This document shows positions 25,628-38,723 of a stretch of 64,000 bases of DNA, piece after piece. The stretch is from positions 71,238,001-71,302,000 of the forward strand of contig NC_043006.1 in assembly GCF_006345805.1 (NCBI RefSeq), read 5' to 3'. How positions within the stretch are numbered: the stretch's first letter is position 1; each line of letters begins with the position of its first letter. The DNA is from Octopus sinensis. Taxonomy: Eukaryota. Under the pieces are notes generated by a model. That model worked only from the letters and a program-made list of their open reading frames with translations, was not told where the DNA came from and searched no databases. The translations under genes were made by a program, and so were the position numbers.

Positions 25628-26241
25628 CAGCAGCAGCAGCAGCAGTGACAGTGGTGGTGGTCGTCGTTGTGATGGTGGCCGTTATGCTGGGTGGTAGTGG
25701 TGATTTTAGTGGTTGTGATGGTAGTAGTGATGATAGTAGTAGTAGTAGTAGTAGTAGTATAGTAGTAGTAGTAGTAGCAGCAGCAGTGACGGTGGTGGTG
25801 GTGGTGGTGGTGGTGGTAATGTTGGAGACACCACCAGTGAATATACAGTTGTATGGCTTGATAAGCCTAACTAGAATTCTCCACGGCTTTAGAAAGGTGT
25901 GAGGGGAAGGGTGTCTAACGTGTTGTATGCGTGTGTTTATGTGTGTGTTTGTATGTGTGGGTGTGTTTGCGTGTGTGTATGTATGTATGTGTGTGTGTGT
26001 GTGTGCATGTATACGTGTCTTGTGGCTTATGTCTGCATGTGTGTGTATACATATATTTATATACATATATATATGTATACATACATATATGCACATATAT
26101 ATATACATCTAAATATATATACATGTATATATACATCTAAATATATATACATGTATATATACATCTAAATATATACATGTATATATACATCTAAATATAT
26201 ATACATGTATATATACATCTAAATATATATACATCTAAATA

Positions 26242-26290
<49 letters not shown>

Positions 26291-27209
26291 GCACACACAT
26301 ACATACAAACACACACACACACACACACACACACCACGTACAGTATGACTTGTGGGAGTGTGTTTAACGAATGTATATGTAGCGAATGTATGCTGTATAC
26401 GCAGCATATGCATAGTATGTCTAAGTATATGTGCGTATGTATGTATATGTATGTGTATATATATATGTGTGTGTGTGTGTGTGTAAGCGTGTGTTTGTGT
26501 TTGTGTGTGTGCGCCTGTGGAAGAATAAGTGTGTATATATGTATATACGTCTATATGTATTCTGTTTGTAGTGTGTTGTACGGTATAGTAATTATATGCT
26601 GTACATGTTGTGTGTGTCCTTGTATTCGTGCTAATGTGTGTGTGTGTGTGGTGTGTGTGTGTGTGTGTGCTTGCTTGGCACGTGCGTTATGTGTTTTTCA
26701 GCGTGGCCGAATGATTAAGAAGTTCGCTTCGCAATCACCTTATCTTGGGTTCGATCCCCCAACGTAGCATCTTTGCCAGTTGTCTTTTACCATAGCCCCG
26801 AGATCCAACCCAGCTATATGAGAGAAATTAATGACACAGAGACTGTAAAGAAACCCATCGGATGGATTTTACTTGTAATTAAAATAAGGTCGACTTTGTC
26901 ACACACCTATTCTTCTTGAGTATTATGGCAAGGGTACACATAACTACGGGATACTCAGCCACTTATATACTAAGCCAATGAGTAAATGCTTCGGGTGATC
27001 GAACACTGACTGGAGTTCATAGCTGGCAATGGTTCTCAGCCATTTTTTATCTATGGACCCCTTTGGTTACTAGTTTACTCTCGTGAGCCACCCATAGCGA
27101 TTTGATGTTTAAAAATTAGTTTTATAGAGACTTCTTTCAAAATTCCTATTTTGTTTTTTGGGGTTTTTTTGCTTTTTTTGCTTTTTTTCACACATTAACT
27201 TATGTAGGT

Positions 27210-27473
27210 TGTTATACGAGAGTACAACGCCTCCTGGTGAGAATGGATTGGACCACTACATATAAATTGTAGTCCGTGCTAGTTCCACAGTTCTTGTATT
27301 GATAGTTTTCTCCCCACTGTGGTGTTCTGTCTGTCCTTGTGCTGTTCCGTCTGTGTTATGGCCGTAGTGCCTAATAAAGAATAATCGTGTATTGATAGTA
27401 CAAAGCTGGAGTTCAAAATTTACAATTCTAGTTAGCGTGTTGGATTGTTGGTCCTTAAAAGATTGTTGTTACA
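27210..27473 (+). mobile_element. Possible solo LTR
   Basis: TGTTAT...TTACA ends, TATA-like catataaatt and AATAAA at ~27372; no TSD found. Confidence 0.35.
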
Positions 27474-27552
27474 TTCTGTGTGGTTACTGCAGTTTGTTTC
27501 CATTATATTGTTATTACACTGTTGCAGTGAATTCGTTTGTCCATAAGGATAT

Positions 27553-30500
27553 TGTTATGTAATCATCACAACAAACATGAACAATCAACGTTGCCCATTG
27601 TCTCCCTTGATACAAGGACATTCAGTAAGTTTCCCGCCACAACAAATACTTTGTACAACAACGCGCAGTCTAATAAAATATCTCGTATCGTTAACACGTT
27701 TTTTCAGTCTCTCTCACTTTCTTAATCTTTCATACTAAGTACTCACTACTTCCTTTTATACTCAATACATTATATATATATATAACAACAACAGATATAA
27801 CATCTGGCGATGAGGATCGTTCGAAACTCACATTGGTTATTTGACGATTTCTGCATCATTGAAAAAAACATATTAGGCGCAGTTGTGCAGCTTCAAGAAA
27901 AGCAACAGGAACAACTACAGGAGTTGCAAAAACAAATACTACAGCAACAACAACAATTGATTGAGTTACAGTTGGCGAAGTCCGAAAATCTGGTAAGCTC
28001 GTTTACGCCAGACGGCGTGGCTAACGCAGTTTCTCAATTTACGTATAAACCGGAAGAGGGTATTATGTTTCCTGCATATTATAGGAAATACGAGGGAATT
28101 TTTAACAACGAGTGCAAGTCATGGTCAGAGGAGCAGGAAGTAAGGCTTTTACTACGCATGGTAGCTCCTGCGTTACTGTAACTTTATTCTGCCCAAAAGG
28201 ATCGAGTGAGATTACTTTCCACAAAACCGAGGAACTGCTTTCAAAGATTTTTTTGTGATAGAACTTCATTATTCAACACCAGAATGAAGTGTTGGAATTT
28301 AACAAAAAATGAGGAGAATGATTTTATCAGCTACGCCGGAATAGTCAACCGTATGTCCGAAAATTTCAAGCTCCGGGATCTCACTCAGGATATGTTCAAA
28401 TCACTTAGCTTCGTGCAAGGATTTTATAGTACCTGAAAATACAGAAATTTGGACAAGGATTCTCTCGAAAATGGAGCAACTGAACCAGGATTTGTCTCTA
28501 CAAACCTTCGCAAAAGAATATCAGACTATGGTAAATCTTAAACATGATGTAAAAAAAATACAAGATAAAGACTACAAAAATCCAAATGTGTCGTCCCGGG
28601 AAGTACAACAAAAAAAAAAGTATAGGCTTCAATCCGTGTTATGGATCTAATTTTCCAAATTAGATCTGTCTGAAGCCTATTTACAGACAGAAGTAAATGA
28701 AAAATGGTCAAAGTATTTGACAATAAATACATGCAGAGGATTGTACAGATACACACAATTAATTACCTTTTGGATTAAAAGTGGCACCAGCAATATTCCA
28801 GAAAATCATGAATTCTATGTTATCTGATTGTGAATTCGCAATCCCGTACTTGGACGATATTTTGATCAAGAGCAATTCTTGTGAACAGCATGTGGAACAC
28901 ATAAAGCTGTGTTTAAGAAAATTCAAATTTTCGGGTTCGATTTGAGTGAAGAAAAATGCAAAATCTTTTTACCCCAAATTAAGTGCTTAGAGCAAATAAT
29001 TGATAAAAGTAGTAGACATTCTGACCCGTCGAGAGCAGAGGCAATAAAGAATATACCTGCGCCAACAAATATTCCAAATTTACAAGCATTTCTTGTGCTG
29101 GCAAACTACTACCAAAACTACATTCCTGATATGCACAAGTTAAGAGCTCCGTTGAAGGACTTATTAAAAAAAGGAGTAGAGTGAAATTGGTCCATTAAAT
29201 GCCAGAACACTTTTGAAAAAATAAAAGAAAATTCCAATCTCACACTTGTCGTTAGCACATTACGATCCTGAAGTGGACATCATTGTAGCGTCTAATGCTT
29301 CCGAGCACAGATTAGGTGCAGTTCTATTTCGTAAATACGAAGACGGAAGTACAAAACCAGTGGTTCGTGTTTCGCGCTCGCTAATAGCGACAGAGAATAG
29401 ATCTAGTTAAATTGAAAAGGAGACTCTAGCAATTATTTTGCAGTTAAAATATTTTACAGGTTTATGTGTGGCAGAAGTTGTTTTTTTTTTTTTTGTAAAC
29501 AGACCATACACCTTTGCTGTCGATTTATGAGTCTAAAAAAGGGCTACCGAGTCATAACTGTGAACTGCCTGCAACATCAGGGTATAATATTACTAAATTA
29601 TAATTTCAAAATGCAATACATTCCATCGAAAAAAAATCGGTCATGTGGACAACCTTTCGAGATTAATTCCAAAACGTATGGAACCACTAGAAGAGTCTGT
29701 TTTAGCCGCACTGCAGACAAAAAGTGAAATTAAAGTGTTATGACGAACGTTAGCCAAGAACTACCAGTGATGTCACAAGATATAAGAATGAAAGCTGTAG
29801 GTGATAAGTATATTACGAAAATAAAAGAAGCTTTAAAAAATAAACAATAAAAATTCAGATGCCAGTAGTTTCTCAATTTGCGACGATATTCTGTTGTATA
29901 CCCAAAGAGTGGTGGTTCCAACTACATTAGAAAAAGATGTATTGCAATAATTTCACAGCAGACATCCAGGAATGGCAAAAATGAAGGCTCTGATGAGGTT
30001 ATGTCTATTAGTCGTCTATGGACCGAGATATCAAAAACTTTGTGATTACGTGCCGAGGTTGCGCGCTCGCGGCCAAAGTCCCACTAGTAAAATATCAATC
30101 GTGGCCAGAGACGAAGAACCTATCGTCTAGGTTACACATTGATTATGCCGGATCGGTAAACGGCGCATACAACCTATTTGTAATAGATAGCTGTACTATG
30201 TAGCCGGCGGTTTGCAGGTGCTATAGAACCACCTCTTAGACGACTATAAAGTTCTTATACGAATCGTTTGCGCGATACGGTGTCCTTGATATGCTAGTTT
30301 CAGACAACGGAACGCAGTTCTCTGTGTATGAATTCAAGAGCTTCTGTAAAAAGCATATTTTCGCTACACCCTACCAACCAAGGTCAAACGGGCAGGTAGA
30401 AAGAATTGTGAACACCTTTAAAAGTGCGTTAAGGAAAGCGAGGAATGAATTAAGTAACGAACGACGAAGCACTGACAAATTTCTTAAAAAGTATATGGAG

Positions 30501-30935
30501 TGGCCTCCAATTCAAGAACAAATTCAGGGAAGTCTCCTGCAGAATTGATGTTCGCAAGAAGAATAAAATCCATTTTTGGTAAGTTATTACCAGAGAAAAA
30601 TGATGTAAAGGAAATAGGAAAGAGCCAACGAAATAAGTCAAAAAAGGTGATAAAGTTCATTTCAAAACCTATAGAAACGGTAAAGAAGGCTGGGAAGATA
30701 GACTTGTTACCAGAAAAATTGGAAGTACGATGTATCTAATTAAAGGATCACATGGTAAACATATGAGACACATAAACCAACTAAGGAAGAGGCATACTCA
30801 AGATCAGGAAGAAATTTTCATGGAAGTATTCTCTGAAATATTCGATGTATCGGTACCAAAAGTAATTGAGTCCCGTAGAACCAACATGCGAGAAAGAAAG
30901 CAGGCCGAACACCTTAAGATAAAAAATAAATAAAT
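27553..30935 (+). mobile_element. Decayed Ty3/Gypsy LTR retrotransposon (Mag-like): 5' LTR, PBS, gag, RT, RNase H, integrase
   Basis: LTR 27553-27802 has TGTTAT/ATAACA ends. gag: FTYKPEEGIMFPAYYRKYEGIF, DRTSLFNTR. RT: FSKLDLSEAY, PFGLKVAPAIFQ, YLDDILI. RNase H: EKETLAI. Integrase: HPGMAKMK, RLHIDYAG, VSDNGTQF, PRSNGQVER. Many stops and frameshifts; protease and N-terminal RT deleted; no 3' LTR seen. Confidence 0.9.
27805..27817 (+). promoter_or_regulatory. Primer-binding site complementary to tRNA-Ser(GCU)
   Basis: TGGCGATGAGGAT, 2 nt after the LTR end. It has one mismatch to the complement of the metazoan tRNA-Ser(GCU) 3' end (TGGCGACGAGGAT). Confidence 0.7.
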
Positions 30936-30974
30936 AAATAAAAAGTTTCTTTATTCCTTTGGAACACGAAATCT

Positions 30975-31365
30975 CAAATGTGATTTTGAGGTGCTACGTC
31001 TCCTCAATGACAGCCGCTCACTAGCGGCATGCTAGTCAAATCTCACTGCCAACGATATATAGAATTTCAGGCAAATAGCTAGCAGGCTTATTAAAAATAT
31101 CAGTAACTGAAAGTTTCTAGAGATTTATATATTGCTAACGTCTTCTCAGTGACAGCCATCCGCTAGTCGCATACCAACCAAATCTCACTGCCAACAATAT
31201 ATAGAGTTCCAGTTACTTTTTAGGCAACTAGCCAGCTGGCTCATTAAAAATATCAGTGCCTGAAATGTCATTGGAATTTTATATATCGCTTGCGGTAAGA
31301 TTTGGCTGACATGCGGCTAACGGACAGCTGTTACTGAGGAGACGCAGTACGTCAAAATCATGTGA
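30975..31365. mobile_element. TIR element with an internal ~150-bp tandem repeat
   Basis: The left end atgtgattttgaggtgctacgtctcctcaatgacagc is the near reverse complement of the right end gctgttactgaggagacgcagtacgtcaaaatcatgtga; aaatctcactgccaac occurs twice. Confidence 0.6.
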
Positions 31366-32068
31366 CCTAGCAGATGGTTTAATGGTGTGTTTTTTTTATT
31401 ATTATTTTGTCTGTCATAGACTAAATAACATCCTCTATTATATTATTTTATGTTTGCTTCAGAATATAAACATTGCTAAAGATTTCCTGAAATTTCTGGT
31501 AAAGCTAAGATGCCAAGAAGCAGTTGCTTGTACCGATTATAGTCTGCTGCAAAAAGCCATTTCCATTAAACAGTTAGTAACGTTACTCCGAACTGCTTGA
31601 CTGTCATATTTTGGGACTCCTTGAGCCACTTCAGTAAGGTAATGTTTGCCAAAACATATACATATCTTTTTAGTTTGATTGGGTTTTCTTGAAGGAATTC
31701 ATAACTTTTGAAAGTAGTGTAGCTTTTTTTCTTCTTTAATTTGTTTTAGAATGATGTTAAATAGAGCAGGGATAACTGAGGCAATGGGGTTATGTTTGTG
31801 TGTGCAATTTGATAAATGATAGAAGATATGGATATCAGCCTTATGGCATTTTTAAACTTAATGCAAACATTATTTGGACATGGTTGTGTAGTAAGAAGCT
31901 TGCTTTCCAACCACATGGTTCCGGGTTCATCCCCACTGCGTGGCAAGTGTCTTCTGCTGTAGCCTCAAAGCCTTGTGAGTGAATTTGGCAGACGGAAACT
32001 GAAAGAATCTCGTCGTGCATATATATATAATGTAACGGTAATTTTTCATAGCATTTTTCCGATGGCCA

Positions 32069-32130
32069 GATAACTGAAGAGATGGCGGCGTGGATTTTTC
32101 ACCTCGGTATCCGAAACTCAGAGTTTTATC
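32069..32130 (+). ncRNA. Type I hammerhead ribozyme, family C
   Basis: Stem I GAUAA/UUAUC; core CUGAAGA(32074-32080); long stem II GAUG...UAUC with a bulged C; GAAAC; stem III ACU-CAG-AGU; GUU triplet with cleavage predicted after 32125. Confidence 0.7.
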
Positions 32131-32360
32131 ATGGCTACCGAATAATTGTCACATATTACATTTACAGATAAATTCCTCTATTTACATAATATCGAGGTCT
32201 CTTTCATTCTTTTGTTGTCTTACCATTTTTATAAATGGTAAGACATATATATATATTGGTAAAAACGGTAAGATAACAAAAGAATGAAAGAGACCTCGAT
32301 ATTATGTAAATAGAGGAAATTTATCTGTAAAATAATATGTGACAATTATTCAATAGCCAA

Positions 32361-32421
32361 GATAAAACTCTGAGTTTCGGATGCCGAGGTGGAAATCAAC
32401 GCCGCCATCTCTTCAGTTATC
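32361..32421 (-). ncRNA. Type I hammerhead ribozyme, family C, inverted copy
   Basis: The reverse complement is gataa-CTGAAGA-gatggcggcgttgatttccacctcggcatcc-GAAAC-tcaga-GTT-ttatc; stem I extends to about 9-10 bp. Confidence 0.7.
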
Positions 32422-32464
32422 TGGCCATTTTGCAGACGGAAACTGAAAGAATCCCGTCGTGTAC

Positions 32465-32554
<90 letters not shown>

Positions 32555-32628
32555 AACGGTCATTTTTCATAGCATTTTTCCGATGGCCAGATAACTGAAG
32601 AGATAGCGGCGTGGATTTCCACCTCGGC

Positions 32629-32667
<39 letters not shown>

Positions 32668-33566
32668 GGAGTGGCTGTGTGGAAGCTTACTTCTGAACCA
32701 CATGTGGTTCCGGGTTCAGCCCCACTGCATGGCATCTTAGCCAAGTGCCTTCTACTATAGCCTCGGGCCGACTAAAACCTTGTGAGTGGATTTGGTAGAC
32801 TGAAACCGAAAGAAGCCCGGCATATGTATGTATGTGCGTGTTTATTATTTGTGTCTGTGTCTCCAACATCGCTTGACAACCGATGTTAGTGTGTTTACGT
32901 CCCCGTCACTTAGCGGTTAGGCAAAAGAGACCGATAGAATAAGTACTAGGCTTACAAAGAATAAATCCTGGGGTCAATTAGTTCGACTAAAGGTGGTACT
33001 CCAGAATGGCCGCAGTCAAATGACTGAAACAAGTAAAAGAATAAAAGAATGTGTGTGTGTAATAATTAAATCAAATACTTTATATTTTATAGTGTTTTGT
33101 TATACACGTGATTCCCCGGTCCGTGGAAAACTTTTCCGTGAAACCGATCCATGGTTCAAAAACGGTTGGGAACCGCTTCCTTAAAAGACCATATCCGGTA
33201 AGTTCACCGCCAACAATGCACCGTTTGTTTTGGGTTGTTTTTTTTTCAATAAAAACGTTTTAAACTATTAATGGTGAGATACTATGGACAGGGCCGGCTC
33301 AAGGTACCGGCAACTCGGGTAGTCGCCCGGGGCGCCAAGGAGGGCGTGACAAAAAATAAGGAAATTTCCACGACCGTCAGCTTGTACAAACCGAAGTTCA
33401 GCTTGCCTGAGGCACCAACAACCCAAAGAACCGATTTTCTCCGTAAACTTTCCTTCCGGTAAACTTTCCTCACGGTGAACTTTCTTCACAGTGAATTGAA
33501 AGTGGTGACCTTGCCCTGAGGTGAATTGATTGCAGTGAACTTACCTGTAATCTTAAAAGATTCTTA

Positions 33567-33818
33567 TTTCTTTATTGCCCACAAGGGGCTAAACATAGAG
33601 GGGACAAACAAGGACAGACAAAGTGATTAAGTCAATTACATCGACCCCAGTGCGTAACTGGTACTTAATTCATCGACCCCGAAAGGATGAAAGGCAAAGT
33701 CGACCTCGGCGGAATTTGAACTCAGAACGTAACGGCAGACGAAATATCACTAAGCATTTCGCCCGGCGTGCTATCGATTCTTCCAGCTCGCTGCCCTTTA
33801 ATCAGCCAGCTCACCGCC
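33567..33818 (-). mobile_element. SINE family 2 (tail X) with a ~20-bp target-site duplication
   Basis: cttacctgtaatcttaaaa(g/c)att flanks the element at ~33540-33562 and ~33819-33841. Confidence 0.8.
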
Positions 33819-34091
33819 CTTACCTGTAATCTTAAAACATTCTGCTAATCATTTTTTCTGCTGTGCTGTAGTCGATTCCATTGATTACATATTGGTTTCT
33901 ACTTTCTGGGATACACATAATCCAAAGTAGCAGTTTTCCATGACCTCCACTGTTGCGATAGCTTGTTTCATCAACAGAATACCTTGGTATTCAAGGTATG
34001 TCACACCTGTGTGAAAGTGCGTGGCTTACTGGTTAGGATATTCGGCTAATAGTCATAAGGACATGAGTTCGATACCGGGGTCGACCATCGT

Positions 34092-36375
34092 TACTCGGAA
34101 GCCGTCCTGAAAGCAGCTGCTTTCAGGAGCTGGATCGTTACAATGCGCAGCGGCACCTGCTTGGCTGTCAAATTAAACGGCCACCTCTCAGAACCGTTTC
34201 GCATCGCATGCTCTGCCCGCCAAGACTGCCCGTTATCACTTCTTCTGTATGTGCTGGCTCTCGAACCACTGCTGCGGAAGTTGGAACAGTTGGGGGGGGG
34301 CATCCCTTTCGAACTGAGACACGGGAGGACAATGTCGGCGTCCGCGGATGACGTCACCGTCATGGTGTCGGATGCCTCCGAAGTGGAGATGATCGGTACC
34401 ATTCTAATATGAGTGGATTGCAGGGTCCAAAATCAACAAGTTGGTGGGCTTACGGCTGGGTACCTGGAGAGGTAGGTCAAAGCTGCCGGACGCTGGACTG
34501 ACGGACCAGTTACACGGCTCGGGGTTTGTTTTCGTACCAACCACCAGGTGGATAATAACGGGGTGGCGAGTCTTACCCGGAAATGAGTGGAGATGAAGTT
34601 GTCCTTGAAAGGTTGGGCAAAGACGACGAATGCTTACAACGCCTCTGTCATCATTTATCGCCTGACTGTCGTGCCCGACCCAATTACTGCTTGGAGCGTC
34701 TCTTGTTTATCTTCTTGTTGAAGAGACACATTCCAAGGGTCAGGCGGTCAGTCAGCAACCAGAACCCCCTGCGCAGCGACTTAGGCATGCTGTGGTTATT
34801 TGTATGTTGACGCGCGCTCAGGTTGCATCACCTGCGACGATTTCTGGACGGTGAACGTCTATGAGCTACTTTCTGAAGTACGCCTTTCCACAGCTCGTTT
34901 CTTTGACGGAACTGTAATCCTGGGTGAAGGATAGATCGAGAGTGGGCGCCTTGACACCTAGAATGTTGTCAGGTGCTCAGTCCTCTACCAGTCGGGTAAC
35001 GGGATTGGTGGATGTTCCAATTTAACATATATAGAGGACTAGCAGCATAGCCCGGCGTTGCCCGGGTATGTAAGAGCCCCTAGTAGGCAACGACTAATCC
35101 CAATCTAGTTCTTTTCCTCTAGGGAACGAAGGCGCATGTGTAGGTTGCAATGTCTTCTCTTCACTCGAATACTTCTATGTATACGATGTTCCTAGCTGTC
35201 TCCCGACAGAAAATGTGTTGCATATAAAATGCTTAGATTCTCGACCCCATGTCGAATTTATCAATTTTTTTCAGAACTGGGGGAACTTTTCAAAATTTTC
35301 GCTGCGTTAGTTTTGAATTATGACATTGGGCTATGAGTGTGTCAAGTTTCATCAGAATCGGTTGAAAGCCGTGGTCAGGGTGAGGGTACAACCTGACAGC
35401 CACACAGACAAACTGCCGTTTATATATATAGAGGATTAGTGGTGGGGAAATGGGACGACGTCGTCGGGGAGACTCTAGTAGTCGACGAAAACGAACTGGC
35501 TTGCCTGTTCCGGAGGACTTCCTGGTCGGGGTCTACCATGGATAATTTCCAGAAGTCCTTAGCCTGGCAGTGCAACCGAAGGTCGCTGCCGCTTCGAGAT
35601 AAACTCTTTTCTATTCTAGACACAAGGCTCAAAATTTTGGGGGTGGGGTGCAGTCGATTATATCGACCCCAGTGCGCAACTGGTACTTAATTTATCAACC
35701 CCAAAAGGATGAAAGACAAAGTCAACCAGCCTTGTCCGAGGTGCACGCAGGGCAACAAAACCGTTCTGCATGCAGTCGTTCAGTGTCCAGGCATTGCTTA
35801 CTTGTGGAGTTATGTCGAACAGCTGCTATCACATGTGGGACGTATTCGTCTATTGAACGAATCCACAGAGATGACTCCACCGCCGCCCTCCTTTGATCGA
35901 GCAAGTAAGGCACTTCTTCTTTGCTTGATGGCAGTGGCCATGGCAAAAGAGGCTGTCTAGTAAGCGAAGCTGAAAAGATTGAGGACAGAAACATTCCTCT
36001 ATAGTAGAGCCCTCACCGACTTTTTAAAGTTTCACTTTAAAAAGGTGAGTGTAGAGAAGGAACTGTCCTAGAATGAATTTACTGAAAGGTGAGTGAAAGT
36101 TGAAAAAAAAACAAGAGTGAATTGTACTGATCTAAGTGTAGATCTGTGAGTCAGAGAAAGGGAATTGGAGAAGACATTTGCCCTTGGTGTTCAGGGAGAT
36201 CTTGGACAGTGGGGGTTCCATGAGTAGCTGCAGAGGTCCTCCTCTACCAGTAGGACCACATAACAATCATCTTTTTTTTATATTATCATTTCATTATATG
36301 TAAACTTTCATACTCTATGTCTGTCATTGTATTGTCCTCCTCAACCTTTGCCATGGGACAAATAAAAGATTTTAT
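34092..36375 (+). mobile_element. Tx1-type LINE, second diverged copy with nested insertions
   Basis: RT: SARQDCPLSLLLYVLALEPLLRKL...SADDVTV. Later: SLAWQCNRRSLPLRDKL and the knuckle CPRCTQGNKTVLHAVVQCP. It ends aataaaagat-(ATT)n and is interrupted at ~35037-35436 and ~35605-35725. Confidence 0.85.
35037..35436 (+). mobile_element. Helentron/DINE-like non-autonomous element inside Tx1
   Basis: 5' end actagcagcatagcccggcgttgcccggg (hairpin); 3' end cacacagacaaactgccgtttatatatatagag. It splits the Tx1 FYRGLV codons. Confidence 0.6.
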
Positions 36376-37274
36376 ATTATTATTATTATTATTATGGTGG
36401 CAAGCTGGCAGAACTGTTAATATGCTGGGCAGAATGCCTAGCAGACTTTAGTTCGTCTTTACATTCTGAATTTAAATTCCGCCAAGGTCAACTTTGCCTT
36501 TCATCCCATCTGAGTCGATAAAAATAAGTACCAGTTGAGTACTGGGGTTAATGTATTCAACCCATCTCATCTCCTGAAATTGCCAGCCTTGTGCCAAAAT
36601 TTGAAATCATTATTAATATTATTAAGGCGAGTTGGTAGAATCATTAGCACACCAGACAAAATGCTTAGCGGCATTTTATCCGTCTTTACATTCTGAGTTC
36701 TAATTCCTCTGAGGTCAACTTGGCCTTTCATCCTTTTGGGGTCAATAAAATAAGTACCAGTAGAGCACTGGGCTCGATGTAATCGACTTACCTCCTCCCC
36801 CGAAGTTGCTGGCCTTGTACCAAAATTTGAAATCATTGAACACTTCACTTCTCAGGGCTCTTGATCTCAATTGCTCTGACTAATTCTGTAAGAGCATATA
36901 ACAACCAGTTGTGAAGGGTCTCATAGGGTCTTCCATGTGTTAGCATTTTTACGCTGTCTGTGTGAGTGTGTGTGTCATTTTTTTCCTGTCTCTGTCCATT
37001 CGCATACTTGCCTGCAATCTCACACACACATACTTACCCCACTCTCTCACACATTCTTACAGATACTGTCAGGCACAACACAGGAGCAGAAATGAAATGA
37101 TGGCAATCTCTCGTAGTCTGAGGAAGACGGATCTGCATTGTATTGCTGAATAAACCAACACAAATAATTTGTTCATTCAAATATGTGTGCGGTACAATTA
37201 GTTCACTCTCTCCATCAAATCAACGTTGTCAGAACAGGTGCATGATGCAGCTCTTATCACATGTCGAAAAGAGA

Positions 37275-37308
<34 letters not shown>

Positions 37309-37319
37309 TTTTCTATTTT

Positions 37320-37612
37320 TTAATTATTATAATCTCCCACTGAAGAGGGAGCTGGTTTCCAACAGAGATGAAAGGCTCCATCATTGGGATGTAGTAGTTA
37401 ACACAGACAAGAAAAGTCTTGCACATTTTTACTGTCCCACTCACAGATTGCACTTGTAATGTATGAATTAGCCGGTCGATTTCTCTTTCTGAAAATCCCA
37501 GTTTATCCAGATTTGCCTTTAAGCATTTACTAACAAAACCTAGTGCTCCAATTATTATTGGTATGAATATGAATTCATAATCTGGATATAGAAGCTGGAG
37601 GTTTCAAAGCAG
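37320..37612 (-). mobile_element. R4/Dong-like element, sister subfamily, 3' fragment
   Basis: The minus strand reads LQLLYPDYEFIFIPIIIGALGFVSKCLKANLDKLGFSEREIDRLIHTLQVQSVSGTVKMCKTF, collinear with 10020-10215. The 3' UTR motif ccaatgatggagcctt...gaaaccagctc is shared. Confidence 0.8.
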
Positions 37613-37657
37613 TTATATATGTATGTGTGCATGTATACAAACACACACAATTATATA

Positions 37658-38510
37658 CAGGGTGCGAGGAGTAAATTGTCACCATTTTATATTTTTAATT
37701 TAACGCACGTGCATTGTTTCTTATTTTGTCGACTACACAGTATAGTTGGGTCAGTTGGGCACTGTCTTTGAGAAAAACAGCACCATGACGCAATTTACTC
37801 TGCTAGCAATTTGGAAACAACATGCTGCACTGCCTGGCATTCATGCCGGAAGTAACAATATGAACATTTCAGAGTGTTTGGATATCAATCTGAGGACAGT
37901 GGAATCTGAGTGATAAAAATCAAACATTCAATCAACATCATGGTGTTTGGAGTGACGGGGACGTTATGCCTTCATTCATCTTCCCACACAGCCTCAGACT
38001 CAACGCAAAGGACTACATCATGTGCCTGGAGGAGGTAGTGCTGCTCTGGGTCAAGAGGATGGCTGCTGGAAGATCCTGTGACTGGCAACAGGAGTCTGCA
38101 ACATGTCACACAAGCAGGACCCAGTCATCACTGTCAGACAATTTCTGCAACCACATGTGGTCACCTAACTCCCCAGACTGCAACCCTCTGCATTATTATG
38201 TATGGGATGCAGTTCCGTGAGATTTGTTTACACTAAAGATGTAAACTCCTTGTAATACCAAAGATGAACTGAACGCAAGGATTATGGCAGCAATCACCAA
38301 CTTAGACAAGGAGACCATCCAGAGGAGTTGCAAGAGATTCCAAAGTCGTCTGGAGGCTGTGGTTGAAGCCAATGGTGGTTTTATTGAATAAATTTACTCC
38401 TTAGTATTTCAAGATATTTTTATGCAATTTTGGTAAATATATCTGTTAAAATGAGATATGTGTTATTTTCATTTTTGCGTAATTTAGATGACAGTTTATT
38501 CACCGAATCT
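37658..38510 (+). mobile_element. Degenerate maT (Tc1/mariner superfamily) transposon
   Basis: TA-flanked start cagggtg...aaattgtcacc. Translation MPSFIFPHSLRLN...WQQESATCHTS...WSPNSPDCNPLHYYVW...CNTKDEL...FQSRLEAVVEANGGFIE. Confidence 0.8.
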
Positions 38511-38723
38511 ATATATATATATTCATATTTATGTATGCATCTCTCTATTTCTCTGAAAGAGAGGGAGAAATTCAAAGGATTGCTTTCATCCATTATGTCT
38601 ATAGGGGGATGGGGGTTTCTATTCCACAGGCAGCCTTTAAGTTTTCAATCCAAGAGGGATTTTCAACACTTATAACCCCATGTGTTTTGAAATCATATAT
38701 ATATATATATATATACACATATA

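Larger units (their letters stand above)
32062..32428. repeat. ~170-bp-arm inverted repeat made of two hammerhead-bearing units, tail to tail
   Basis: 32062-32232 is the near reverse complement of 32262-32428. A third, truncated unit is at 32553-32630. Confidence 0.9.

Noticed and set aside
33872-33995. Plus-strand exon with a good acceptor and AAG|gtatgt donor
   Set aside because: Stops in all three frames and no partner exons; cannot be supported without RNA data.
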